Origin: an uncultured virus (IMG/VR IMGVR_UViG_3300036761_004198)
Lineage: Duplodnaviria > Heunggongvirae > Uroviricota > Caudoviricetes
Length of the DNA stretch: 64,000 bases
Reading direction: 5' to 3' (one strand)
Virus record (IMG/VR): IMGVR_UViG_3300036761_004198
Shown here: positions 21,118 to 33,778 of the stretch, in pieces
How the letters are laid out: the number at the start of each line of letters is the position of its first letter
How positions within the stretch are numbered: the first letter of the stretch is position 1
Notes under the pieces: generated by a model
Database searches by the model: none
The model's input: the letters and a program-made list of their open reading frames with translations, nothing else
What the model was told of the DNA's origin: nothing
Position numbers and translations under genes: made by a program

Positions 21118-22649
21118 TGAGTCTCTTTCGTCGAGCTGGCGCGCTCATCGCGCGCTTCTTCACGTCCCCCGCGGATCCGGCTGCGTCTGCTGGCGAGTTC
21201 CAACTCTACAGCAAAGACGATGGCGGACAGTCGCAGCTGTTCGGACGATCCGACGACGGCACGGTCTATCAGATTACGCCGCCACCCACGGATGACGATG
21301 CCGTCATCTTCGACGACAGCGTCCCTGGCACCAACAGCAACATCCGCAGCGATCGAGCTGCGAACCAGTCCCCAATCGACAATACGCAGTCGCAGATCAC
21401 GAACCTCGGCTCGCAGGACGGCCTGTGGAACGGAGCCGCGTACGGCGCGACGGGCATCGCCTCGACGATCGGCGGTGGTGACGACAACTCGGCAGGTCCC
21501 GTCGGGTACGAGACCGTCAGCGGCGGCGCCGGCAACATCGCCAACGGCGACAGCGCGATCGTCGCGGGCGGCTTCGCCAACCAGGCGCTGGGAAGCTCGG
21601 CGACCGTCGGCGGCGGTGACACCAACCTCGCGCAGGGCTCCCGGGCCACGGTGGCTGGCGGCCTCGAGAACCAGGCGATCAACGACAGCGCCGCCATCGG
21701 CGGCGGCGAGAGCAACATCGTACAAGGTTTCGCGGGAACCATTCCTGGTGGTTCCGGGAACTTCGTGAAGGGCGACTACGCACTCGCGGAAGGGTTCGGT
21801 ACCACCGCAGAGGCTAGCGCGAGTCACGCCGAAGGCGACACGACCTTCGTCCAGTTCGACGCGCCTGCGGGTCACGCAGAAGGATCTGGAACCAACGCCT
21901 CGGGCGGTGAAGGCGCACACGCGGAGGGCTACCAGACCAACGCGAACCAGCGCGGCGCGCACTCCGAAGGTGTCGTCACGAACGCTACCGGCCAAGGAGC
22001 ACACTCCGAGGGCGTGTTCACGACCGCGAACCAGCGCGCCGCACATGCCGAGGGTGAGAACACGATCGCGGTCCAAGAGAAGGCGCACGCCGAGGGCGAC
22101 AACACGACGGCCCTCGGATGGGCGTCCCACTCGCAGGGCCTGAACAGCTACGCGAACGGGGACGGCGTGCACGCTCACGCCTGCGGCCCAGGCACCAGTG
22201 CGACCGGGCTCTCCGGCGTCCAGGGCAGCACGCAGAATCGCGTGATCGAGATGACTGGCGAGACGGGGGGTGCTGCCGCAGGCGAATCCGTCGAGCTGGA
22301 CTTCGGTTACATCACCTCCAGCAACAAGTTCACGTTCGGCGTACCGCTTGACGACATGGGCTACACGATTGTCGTGTACGCGATTGCACGCGGCAAGATC
22401 GGGGGTGTGTACCGATCCCAAAGCTTCCGGCAGATGTTCAGCGTGCTGGTATCGGGCGGCGTCGCGACGCTTGAGGCGTCCGGTGTGCAAGAGAAGATCG
22501 GCAGCGCAGCAGCGGTGAGTTGGACGCTGGTCGGATCGATCGCGGCAGGCCCGACCCGGTTCCGCCTCGTCTTCTCGACAGGTGCAACGACGTCACGCGC
22601 ACGCATCTCCGCCAAGGTCGTGTCCGTCGAGATCTACAACCCGGTGTGA
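21117..22649 (+). CDS. fibre/adhesin with YadA-head-like repeats
   Basis: 14-aa GGxxNxA and (A/S)H(A/S)EGxxTxA repeats. Confidence 0.85.
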   Translation: MSLFRRAGALIARFFTSPADPAASAGEFQLYSKDDGGQSQLFGRSDDGTVYQITPPPTDDDAVIFDDSVPGTNSNIRSDRAANQSPIDNTQSQITNLGSQDGLWNGAAYGATGIASTIGGGDDNSAGPVGYETVSGGAGNIANGDSAIVAGGFANQALGSSATVGGGDTNLAQGSRATVAGGLENQAINDSAAIGGGESNIVQGFAGTIPGGSGNFVKGDYALAEGFGTTAEASASHAEGDTTFVQFDAPAGHAEGSGTNASGGEGAHAEGYQTNANQRGAHSEGVVTNATGQGAHSEGVFTTANQRAAHAEGENTIAVQEKAHAEGDNTTALGWASHSQGLNSYANGDGVHAHACGPGTSATGLSGVQGSTQNRVIEMTGETGGAAAGESVELDFGYITSSNKFTFGVPLDDMGYTIVVYAIARGKIGGVYRSQSFRQMFSVLVSGGVATLEASGVQEKIGSAAAVSWTLVGSIAAGPTRFRLVFSTGATTSRARISAKVVSVEIYNPV

Positions 22650-22656
22650 GGACCAC

Positions 22657-23166
22657 GTGAGCGAGCTTCCCATCGACTTCTGCATCCATCTCGCGCGCGC
22701 GATCGCCAAAGGGCAGAAGACGCGCACGTACAAGCCCCTGTCCGCGCGAGAGCAGCAACTGCGCGCCGCGAACCAAACGGTCCCATCACCGTACGGTCAG
22801 GTCGGAGACGTCCTGTGGGTGCGCGAGTCCTACGGCCTGATCAACAGCATGGTCGCCTATCGCGCGGACTACGCCGAAGACGGCTACCGTGGAAAGGTCA
22901 CGCTGCCTGACGACATCGAGATCCTGACAGCGCTGATGACCCGCGAGCAGGCGCGATCGCTGCTCGGTGTCACGGCCATCGAGATCGTCGAGCTCCAGAC
23001 CGTCGACGAGGCGGCTGCCGTCGCCGCAGGAACCCTCCCGTCACAAGGCCGCACGACGTACCTCGACGAGTTCAAGACGCAGTGGAACGACGCCTACAAG
23101 CGCCAGGCGTGGGACACCAACCCGCTCGTGTGGCGGGTTAACTTCACCGCGAACGTCAGCTCGTGA
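22657..23166 (+). CDS. ASCH/PUA-like phage protein
   Basis: RAIAKGQKTRT, PYGQVGDVLWVRES, YRAD, W..NPLVWRVNF. Confidence 0.75.
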   Translation: MSELPIDFCIHLARAIAKGQKTRTYKPLSAREQQLRAANQTVPSPYGQVGDVLWVRESYGLINSMVAYRADYAEDGYRGKVTLPDDIEILTALMTREQARSLLGVTAIEIVELQTVDEAAAVAAGTLPSQGRTTYLDEFKTQWNDAYKRQAWDTNPLVWRVNFTANVSS

Positions 23167-23202
23167 ACTACCGAGAGAGCACGCCAGATTTGTTAAAGCC
23201 AG

Positions 23203-26024
<2,822 letters not shown>

Positions 26025-26025
<1 letters not shown>

Positions 26026-26933
26026 TGGCGTTCGTCATCCGCAGCTACAAGTTCGTGGGTACCAGCGACTTCGCTCTCCAGCGATATGGCGCGCTGACAG
26101 CTTCGATCGTCGCGGCATCTCCGGCAACGACGTTGGAACTCCAGGTCGACGAGGCCGATGTTTCGTCGCTCGACGAGTACATGAACGGCCTCGGGTGGGT
26201 CTTCTGGAACGGCGAAGCGCCCGAGCCCACGATCATCCACGAGCTCGTGGTGGCTTCGACGGCCGGCAAGAACAACTACCCGACCCCGATCGGGAACTAC
26301 TTCTTGAACGCCTCGGGAGAGACGACGCTCGAACTCGATACCGGATCGGGCTTCGTCCCGCAGGTCTTCGGAGTCGACTACACGCACTTCCTCCGAAGCT
26401 CGACGGGCACGCCAGCCTCGGTGGTCGATGCCGCGATCGGCTTCTCGTACGGCCTGGCCGTGATGGCGGGGTGGACGTTTCGCTTCACGTGGAAAGAGCG
26501 GATCGTGCCGACCCCACCCGTGGTCGTCGCAAAAATACGCTCTCCGCTCGATTACACGATCCAGTGGCTACCCAACGGCAGCAACGCGCCGAACGCGGTC
26601 ACGATCCCGGCGTCTCCTGGAATGGCCGTCGAGTTCTGGCGGCAGACCTTCGAGAATGGCGGACGGCGCGGCTCGAGCGCGGTGCTGATCCGATCGGGGC
26701 GACGATACGTACCGTATTACCGCGGCGCCATCGGTGTGTTCGACTTCGACATCGGCACGTTCAGTCCAAGTCAGCCGAGCAAACGGGCGCGGTTCAAAGT
26801 CTGCTACTACAACCCGGTCACGGGCGCGCGCTCGCGGCTGTCCAACGACACCATCGTCGTCTGCTCGAATGTGGCAGACAGTGTCAACGGGCGCAGACCA
26901 GTCCGCACGGCGCGCAGCATGTGGATCGAGTAG
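26025..26933 (+). CDS. hypothetical protein, probably virion-associated
   Basis: TGATG coupling to fibre 3; beta-rich. Confidence 0.7.
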
Positions 26934-26944
26934 TCCGCTCTGGC

Positions 26945-27008
26945 GAGCCCCCTAAGGGTGTCACCACGACGCCATCAAGGGTCTCCCCACGAGGCCCGTA
27001 AGGGGCTC
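26945..27008. terminator. inverted repeat between convergent genes
   Basis: GAGCCCC...GGGGCTC stem, extendable with mismatches; no U-tract. Confidence 0.35.
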
Positions 27009-27051
27009 CCCAGAGCGGATTACTTCACGTTCAGCGTTCCTGATCCGACGT

Positions 27052-27402
27052 TCACGCCGCCGAGCCCGCTCGCGCCAACGCGCGCTGTAGCAGCGCGTCG
27101 CACTCGGGCGTCCAGACGTCGTGCGCGGTGACGTAGTGCTCGGCCTTCTCGGGCCACACGAACCCGAATGCGGTCATGTCCCGCGATCCAAGGTTTGCGC
27201 CACAGATGCGGCAGCTCGCCCATCCCATCGCCTGTATCTCTGGATGTGCGTCCTTCCCGTGCTTCAGGACGAACGCGACCGAGCGGCGACGCACATTGGG
27301 AACGTCGTGTCGAACGTGGTCGTGCGGTCGCTCGCCGAGTGCGTTCCCCCAATACAGCATGCGGTACAGTGATGGCGGCGCCGGCCAGGCGGGATCATCC
27401 AT
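27052..27402 (-). CDS. hypothetical protein with CRICG...WP...HYV..H metal-binding motif
   Basis: coupled to upstream ORF. Confidence 0.65.
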   Translation of the reverse strand: MDDPAWPAPPSLYRMLYWGNALGERPHDHVRHDVPNVRRRSVAFVLKHGKDAHPEIQAMGWASCRICGANLGSRDMTAFGFVWPEKAEHYVTAHDVWTPECDALLQRALARAGSAA

Positions 27403-27752
27403 CAGCTCACGTAGGCAACGACCTCGTAGCGGCCGGTCCTGTCCATCTTGTGCCACTGGAGGACGAACATGTGGTTCACCGGACGTCCCGCCTGGTCGTG
27501 CAGCTGCCAGGTCGCCTTGCCGTCGCGGCCGACCAGGATGAACTCCTCTTCTTCGGGATCGAAGCGAAAGCCGACGCTCTTCACGATCTCGAACAAGCGG
27601 TCGTTCGGGATCGCCGCGAAATACTTGTTGTTGATGAGATCGTAGATCTGATCGTTCGCTCGCTTGGCGGCCTGCGAGAGCTGCTTGCCGGCAGGCTTGC
27701 GCAGGGACTCGTCGATCTCGCGGTCGAGCTGGGCGGACGTCTTCTTCGCCAT
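27402..27752 (-). CDS. hypothetical protein, N-terminal tag
   Basis: MAKKTSAQLDREIDESL; TATTGT 7 nt upstream of ATG. Confidence 0.85.
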   Translation of the reverse strand: MAKKTSAQLDREIDESLRKPAGKQLSQAAKRANDQIYDLINNKYFAAIPNDRLFEIVKSVGFRFDPEEEEFILVGRDGKATWQLHDQAGRPVNHMFVLQWHKMDRTGRYEVVAYVS

Positions 27753-27765
27753 GTGCTTCACAATA

Positions 27766-28149
27766 TCACTTTGAGCTCCGCTTGATGAGCACGTCGAGCG
27801 CACGCTTGATCGACGACTGCTCGTGGTCGAGGTGATCGGCCATGTCGAGCAGATGCAGGAGCAGGACGTCGCGATCGCGATCGTGGTACTCGGTGTGCCT
27901 CATCACATGCTGCGTGAGCCGCTCGCGCGCGGCGACGGTCTCGGTCGCGCTGTCGTAGGACGCGTCGGAGGAGCGGCTCTCTCGGAGCTGGGGCTCGGAT
28001 TCCGTCACGTACTCCGGCCGAAAGCCGTAGGCGAAGCGCTTCCCGCACGCTCGGCACCTCACCTCTCGAAGCGTCGCGGCTGCCTCCTGCGTCGGCACGT
28101 CGTACTCGTTCTCGGCGCCACAGCGCGTACACGTGAGCCGCTTCCCCAT
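27766..28149 (-). CDS. zinc-ribbon (MJ0042-like) protein
   Basis: CTRC...VRCRACGKRF. Confidence 0.6.
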   Translation of the reverse strand: MGKRLTCTRCGAENEYDVPTQEAAATLREVRCRACGKRFAYGFRPEYVTESEPQLRESRSSDASYDSATETVAARERLTQHVMRHTEYHDRDRDVLLLHLLDMADHLDHEQSSIKRALDVLIKRSSK

Positions 28150-28188
28150 GGTGGTCGCAAGTATCCCTGAGCCCGCCTCGACGGCCAA

Positions 28189-28226
28189 TTTCTTCACCCA
28201 GGCCGACCGTCCCAGTAACGTAAGCC
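28189..28226 (+). promoter_or_regulatory. class II leaderless promoter variant TTTCTTCA-N19-TAACGT-N5-ATG
   Basis: same spacing. Confidence 0.65.
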
Positions 28227-29651
28227 ATGGCCGACATTACCAAGCGTGTCCCCGAATGTGACGACGACGGCGAGCGCGGGCACCGAGGACATCGCGGACA
28301 CCGCGGCCATGACGGCGGGACCGGACCGACCGGTCCTGCGGGCGGGGGCACCGGATCGACGGGCCCGACCGGACCGACAGGCTTCACGGGTCCGAGCGTC
28401 ACGGGTCCAACGGGCCCCGTGGGCGGCAGCACCGGACCCACGGGACCGACCGGCAACATGGGCCTCACCGGACCGACCGGCGCAACCGGCACCACGGGCA
28501 CCACGGGTATCACGGGGCCGGACGGCAACACCGGACCGACGGGACCTGGTCCTGCGGGGCCGACGGGGCCGACGGGACCGACGGGACCGACGGGCAACTC
28601 CGGCATGACCGGGCCGACGGGATCGACGGGATCGACGGGTCCCGCAGGCACTGCGACCGCGACCGGAGCGACCGGACCGACGGGACCGACAGGATCGACG
28701 GGGCCCGCAGGCACTGCGTCGTCAACGGGGGCCACGGGACCAACAGGCCCGACCGGCCCAACCGGTAACACTGGAGCCGGAGCCACCGGACCGACGGGGC
28801 CGACGGGGCCAACGGGGCCGACGGGCGCTACCGGCGCAGGAGCCACCGGACCGACGGGGCCCGCCTCGGGTCTCTTGGCGACGCTCACGCTCACGCCGCC
28901 GGTCACGGGGGCAATCGCCGGCGGCAACAACAACGACTTCACGCCTGTCGGAGGCAACACGGCCTCGGTCTGGCGACTCACCGCAGGCGGACTCTCGGGC
29001 GGCACGATCACCGGCATCGCGCTATCGGGTGGCAACCCCGACGGACGCGTCCTGATCATCCAGGACGTCTCGACGTCGCCAGGCACGCACAACATCAGCT
29101 TCACGTCCGAGGACGTGAACTCGGCCGCCGTGAACCGGATCATCACGCCGAAGGGTGCGGCCTTCACGATGCCGATCGGCGGAGCTGCGCTGCTCATCTA
29201 CGATGGCACGATCTCGCGCTGGCGCCTGATCGGCATCGTCTCGACGACGCTGCCGCTCGACCTCATCAACGGATCGTCCCTCAACATCACGGGAGACACG
29301 TTCTTCTCGGGCTTCTTCCAGGGTCAGCCGGACGCCGTTGCTGCTGCCGGCGCGCAGAACAACTACAACCCGGGCGGACACTGGCCGAGGACGCAGAACC
29401 TGTTTCTCGCGGCCGGTGCGGCCCTGAGCATCACGGGACTCGACTCGACCGGCGTCAACATCGGCTGGGTCATCAACTTCGTCAACGCCAGCTCCGTCAA
29501 CTCGATCACGTTCGTTCACAACAGCGGCGCGTCGCTCGCGGCGAACCGCTTCATGCTGCCCAACAACGTCAACTACGTGCTGCCGCCCAACGGCGTGATC
29601 GGCTTCATGTACACGTTCGGCAGTGTCTGGCAGCTGGTCGGCGGCGTGTAA
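28227..29651 (+). CDS. collagen-like (G-x-T)n fibre protein 4 with duplicated C-terminal domain
   Basis: same leader; two NN(D/Y).P...ITG(I/L)...NR modules. Confidence 0.9.
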   Translation: MADITKRVPECDDDGERGHRGHRGHRGHDGGTGPTGPAGGGTGSTGPTGPTGFTGPSVTGPTGPVGGSTGPTGPTGNMGLTGPTGATGTTGTTGITGPDGNTGPTGPGPAGPTGPTGPTGPTGNSGMTGPTGSTGSTGPAGTATATGATGPTGPTGSTGPAGTASSTGATGPTGPTGPTGNTGAGATGPTGPTGPTGPTGATGAGATGPTGPASGLLATLTLTPPVTGAIAGGNNNDFTPVGGNTASVWRLTAGGLSGGTITGIALSGGNPDGRVLIIQDVSTSPGTHNISFTSEDVNSAAVNRIITPKGAAFTMPIGGAALLIYDGTISRWRLIGIVSTTLPLDLINGSSLNITGDTFFSGFFQGQPDAVAAAGAQNNYNPGGHWPRTQNLFLAAGAALSITGLDSTGVNIGWVINFVNASSVNSITFVHNSGASLAANRFMLPNNVNYVLPPNGVIGFMYTFGSVWQLVGGV

Positions 29652-29664
29652 GCTAACCTCTAGT

Positions 29665-30315
29665 GTGCACGTCGCGATCTACACAGCGATCACGGCCGAC
29701 AAGGATTCGATCAAAGAGCCGCCCCTCCACGAGGGCGTCGATCGGATCCTCTTCACCGATCGACCGGGCGACTACACCGGATCTGCCTGGCAGGTCCGTC
29801 CCGCGTGTGACCTCTTCACCGATCCACGGCGGAACTCTCGCGCACACAAGATCCTCGCGCACCAGTACCTCGAAGGCTACGACTACTCGCTGTGGATCGA
29901 CGGCTCGATCTGGCTTCGTACTTCGCCACGCGACCTCGTCGAGACGTACCTGGGCGACGCCGATGTAGCGATGTTCCGCCATCCGGCGCGCGACTGCCTC
30001 TACGTAGAGGCCGCTGGTTGTGCCGGGGCCGGCTACGACCAACGCGAAAAGTTCGACGAGCAGCTGGCAAAATATCGCCGATCTGGGCATCCCGATCACT
30101 ACGGCCTCAACGAGTGCGCGGTGATCCTGAGGCGCCACAACGCGCACACGGAGGCGTTCAACAACGCGTGGTGGTCAGAGTATTGCCGGCACTCCTGTCG
30201 CGACCAGGTGAGCGTGAACTACGTCATGCGCGCGCTCGGCGTTCGCCTCGCACTACTTCCAGGCACCGTCCGCGACAACCCGAACATCGTGTACAACGAG
30301 GGGCACCAGCGGTAG
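29665..30315 (+). CDS. DUF616 / TOD1-MUCI70-like glycosyltransferase
   Basis: YTAI, LFTD, KIL.H...YDYSLWIDG, HP.RDCLY.EA, RDQ.S. Confidence 0.8.
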   Translation: MHVAIYTAITADKDSIKEPPLHEGVDRILFTDRPGDYTGSAWQVRPACDLFTDPRRNSRAHKILAHQYLEGYDYSLWIDGSIWLRTSPRDLVETYLGDADVAMFRHPARDCLYVEAAGCAGAGYDQREKFDEQLAKYRRSGHPDHYGLNECAVILRRHNAHTEAFNNAWWSEYCRHSCRDQVSVNYVMRALGVRLALLPGTVRDNPNIVYNEGHQR

Positions 30316-30618
30316 CGAACGTCACGTCAGCTGGTCGGCGGCGCGTCGGGGATCACCAGCGGACCTCCCATCCGCCCGGCGCCCAGCCCTGTCGCACGAT
30401 CGCCGCGACGCAGTGGCGCTTGGCATCGTCGAGCGACGTCGCCTCGCTGTTCTCGCCACCGGTGCCGCAGTCATCCCACGTATGCCACGTGAAGCGATCT
30501 TCACTGTTCTGCCAGATCGTGGCGCGATCACGCTTCTGCCCGTCGATCAGATCCCATTTGCCGTCGCGAGGTAGGCGCTTCGGCGAGATCGATCGGTCAA
30601 CCCAGCGCCACGGTTTGA

Positions 30619-31125
30619 TCACCGACCTCCGAACAAGTCGCCCTGCAACGACGGCGGTGGTTCGTCCGCGTCTGGCTCAAGACGCGCATCGCCACGAATG
30701 TGGACGATCGTCAGGCCCGCACGACGCAGCGCTGGCGTGACGAGGCGCCGACGATGGCAGTGCATCGGATCCTCCTCGGCGCAGAGGATCACGGTACGCC
30801 GACCACGTGCAAGCTCGACGAGCTGATCGACGCCTGACACGAAGTCGGGCGCCGCGGCCCGGAGCGCGTAGTCGACAGATCCGTCCTCGCGGTAGAACTC
30901 TCGGCTCTCGGGCCGACCACCGAGCTGACGACCCAAGAAGACGTAGTCACGGGACTGCGTTTCCAGCAGCTGTGCCAGCGCGCCCCTGTCGAAGTGTGGC
31001 GCCCACTTCGAGACGGGCTGTGATCGCACGTCGACGAGGCGTGCGATGGCATGCGAGTGCAAGAGCCACGTGAAGTGCCCCGGCGCGTGCCGTGAGTGAC
31101 CGATGGTGTAGATCGTCGACGTCAC
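30619..31125 (-). CDS. DUF488 family protein
   Basis: IYTIGHS, LVDVRS.P.S, LGGRP, LCAEEDP..CHR. Confidence 0.9.
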   Translation of the reverse strand: MTSTIYTIGHSRHAPGHFTWLLHSHAIARLVDVRSQPVSKWAPHFDRGALAQLLETQSRDYVFLGRQLGGRPESREFYREDGSVDYALRAAAPDFVSGVDQLVELARGRRTVILCAEEDPMHCHRRRLVTPALRRAGLTIVHIRGDARLEPDADEPPPSLQGDLFGGR

Positions 31126-31369
31126 CCGCGCTCCCACGCCTCGATCTGCCCGGGCAGTCGCACACACTCGATGTAGATCGCGCGCGCGATCTCGCCACGA
31201 CGGCCCTCGACGTCGCTCTCGTCGCGCACGCTCCAGTACCCCGCCCCACCGTTCTCGACGACGGTCCCCGGCAGCCATTGCGCCCTCGCCGGGTAGTGGA
31301 ACTCGCACGCGTCGCCGGGCACGAGCGCCTCGATCTTGGAGAGCCAGTGGTCGGCGCGCTTGGGCACCA

Positions 31370-31594
31370 CTATTTCGTGCTCCGGGTCGTCGTGCTCCGG
31401 GTCGTTGTCGTCGTGCTCCGGGTCGCGCTTGCTACGTTTCCACCGACGGGTCTACCGACGGAACGTGCCTGCGAACCCCCGACCGCGATCTTCTGCTTGC
31501 GGCTCGTGACCTTCGTGTCCGCTCGACCACTCTTGCTGCGCTTCGTCGTCCGCGGCGCGCTCTCGACCTTCTGGGTGCCGATCTTCTTCGCCAT
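31370..31594 (-). CDS. small very basic protein (DUF6496-like motif)
   Basis: AAAGGAGG RBS; VTSRKQKIAVGGSQAR; TRST repeats. Confidence 0.6.
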   Translation of the reverse strand: MAKKIGTQKVESAPRTTKRSKSGRADTKVTSRKQKIAVGGSQARSVGRPVGGNVASATRSTTTTTRSTTTRSTK

Positions 31595-31684
31595 AACTGT
31601 CCTCCTTTACGAGTGAACGTACACCTGTTCAACGCGCAAGCGCGGCGGAGGTCATCGGGGGCTTGCGCTTCTTCGATCGCACGA

Positions 31685-32365
31685 TCAATCCTCCTCCTTG
31701 GGCGGAGTCCCCCACGACTTCCCGTCCTCCACGTCGACGGACAGCGGGAACTTGCCGAATTCCCAGGGCGTCTCCAGCTCGGCGATCAGCACGCCTTCCA
31801 GGGTGCGCATCTCGGCGGCGGCGACGATGTCACTCTCCTCGATCGCGAGCTGAACGGTGAACGCGACAGCGGCTACGGCCAGGTTCCTTGGGAACGTCTC
31901 CAGGACGTGCTTCATCTTGTCCGCTGCGGACGGGTGTGAATAGCGAAGGGCTGCGCACTCTAGCTCCCCCAGTACGCAGCTCATATCGTGCGTCCAAAGG
32001 CGCGACATCAGGACGTCTTCGGTGGTGCCCCACGTCGCCAGCTTGGAGATCAATTCGCCCTCAAGCGCATGCGACTTGACCTGGTCGCGTTTCGCCACGT
32101 CGATGGCAGCCAGGATCGTGAACCTGACGGCGGCTTCCATGAGCTGAGGAACACCGATGGCGTCCTTCATGAGCTGGAGGATTTCCCGATCAAGGGGGGT
32201 CAACGATCGGTTCCGCAACATGTCGTGGTGCCGCGGGGGCTCAACAGCCGTCTCCGGTTCTGACGGTTCTGGGGAGAGACGCTGCGGAGGGACGTACCCA
32301 CGAGCCGCGCTTGTCAGCGCGGTGAAACCGTTCCAGAGATCGCTGGACGTGAAGATGCGTTTCAC
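31685..32365 (-). CDS. hypothetical protein; C-terminus resembles the last strand of family A DNA polymerase
   Basis: GTGA overlap; FPLSVDVEDGKSWG. Confidence 0.55.
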   Translation of the reverse strand: MKRIFTSSDLWNGFTALTSAARGYVPPQRLSPEPSEPETAVEPPRHHDMLRNRSLTPLDREILQLMKDAIGVPQLMEAAVRFTILAAIDVAKRDQVKSHALEGELISKLATWGTTEDVLMSRLWTHDMSCVLGELECAALRYSHPSAADKMKHVLETFPRNLAVAAVAFTVQLAIEESDIVAAAEMRTLEGVLIAELETPWEFGKFPLSVDVEDGKSWGTPPKEED

Positions 32366-32585
32366 GACGCCTTCCTCTGCTCGCCGCGGCCGACGCCGCG
32401 ACTGTCCTGGCAGTTGAAGCAGAACCGCATGCGACGGAACTGGCCCTTCCAGCGATAGGAGACGATCGACGAGCACTCACGACAGACGTCGTCGCCGCAC
32501 GCCCAGCAGGTGACGACCGGACCCGTGGCAAGACCGTCGGCGGAAGCCTTGCAGTCGATCGAATCGATGACGGAGCAGATCCGGC

Positions 32586-33758
32586 TCATTCGGGACGCCT
32601 CCCAATCACCTCGACCTCGTCGAAGCCGAGCTCGCGGTTGATGAGGTAGATAGGCGCCTCGTAGTCGCCCTTGTAGTCGAGGATGGGAATGATCGTGCAG
32701 GCGCGTGCCCGGATGAAGTCGTTGACCTCCGCATCGGTGAAGCGATCACGCTGATCCTTGATCGCCTCCGAGAGCGCCGCACGACGCTTCTCGTAGACGG
32801 CGTGATCAGCGACGTAGATTCCGCGCGCGTTCTTGGGCGTCACCTTGACGAGCTGATCGGCGGACCCGCGCCCGTGCTCCCCGGGAACGTTCGGAGTCGT
32901 CCCGCACCAAAGGAACCCGTCGTAGGCCACTTCGGGCAGGTCATCGCCGCTCTTGATGCCGATCGGCGCGAGACGCCACCCGCTGCCGTTCATGCCGTAG
33001 CGATCGGCCAGCTGCAACTCGTCCAGACACTTCTTCCCCAGCTCGATGCGCCGCACGTCGCGCCCCTCACCGTACGTGAAGAAGGGCCCGATCCCTGACG
33101 GAAACGGGATCGGCGGCGGCTCTGCGCAGACGTCGGCAACCACGTCGGCGATTGGATACGCCTCGATGGCTGGCAGGACAACGTCCTGGAGGTACGCGCG
33201 AACCTCCGCCATGACCTCGGCCGTGTCGTAGGACACGGGCTCATCGCCCATGGGCGCGTACTCACGGTGATCGGGCTCGGCCACGAGACGCGCCGCACGC
33301 GCGTTCCGGTAGCCGCTTCGACCCGAGTACCGGAGGCACTTGCGAGGGAGCCCGTCGAGCTTGGCGTTATAGCGATCCCAGTAGACCGATCGATCCGTCT
33401 CCCAGCATTCGCCGACGTAGACGTTGAACGTGGGCCCCGACTCGTCGTCGTACACGTGCAGCGATCGCGACCTGTACCGCACCTCGTCGACCGCCGCGCA
33501 GTTGTTCCACCGACCGCCGGGCAGAAGGCCCTGCGGACGTCCGAAGCGGATCTTGACGTCGTGATGCCCGAGATCGATCGCGGACTGATCGCTCACGATG
33601 CTGCCGACATGGCGGAGCTTCTGCTCGCCGCTGCCGTAGTCCCGGAAGGTGACGGTGAAGCCGGGAACCTGGAAGGCTCGGGCGTGAAGCGCGCGCACGA
33701 TCTGCCCGCACGTCTCGTCGAACGGGAACTGGCGGCTCGCGGGGTAGATGAACTGCAT
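32586..33758 (-). CDS. hypothetical protein (about 390 aa)
   Basis: long coherent ORF from MQFIYPAS. Confidence 0.75.
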   Translation of the reverse strand: MQFIYPASRQFPFDETCGQIVRALHARAFQVPGFTVTFRDYGSGEQKLRHVGSIVSDQSAIDLGHHDVKIRFGRPQGLLPGGRWNNCAAVDEVRYRSRSLHVYDDESGPTFNVYVGECWETDRSVYWDRYNAKLDGLPRKCLRYSGRSGYRNARAARLVAEPDHREYAPMGDEPVSYDTAEVMAEVRAYLQDVVLPAIEAYPIADVVADVCAEPPPIPFPSGIGPFFTYGEGRDVRRIELGKKCLDELQLADRYGMNGSGWRLAPIGIKSGDDLPEVAYDGFLWCGTTPNVPGEHGRGSADQLVKVTPKNARGIYVADHAVYEKRRAALSEAIKDQRDRFTDAEVNDFIRARACTIIPILDYKGDYEAPIYLINRELGFDEVEVIGRRPE

Positions 33759-33778
33759 CGAAAGAAGACTCCTGGTGT

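Noticed and set aside
31614..31633. Definite LexA/SOS box
   Set aside because: Single, imperfect match and unknown host; kept only as a low-interest palindrome.
32175..32200. PLDREILQL as another tag copy
   Set aside because: Lacks the basic KK(S/T) prefix and the Gln; reads like a generic helix start.
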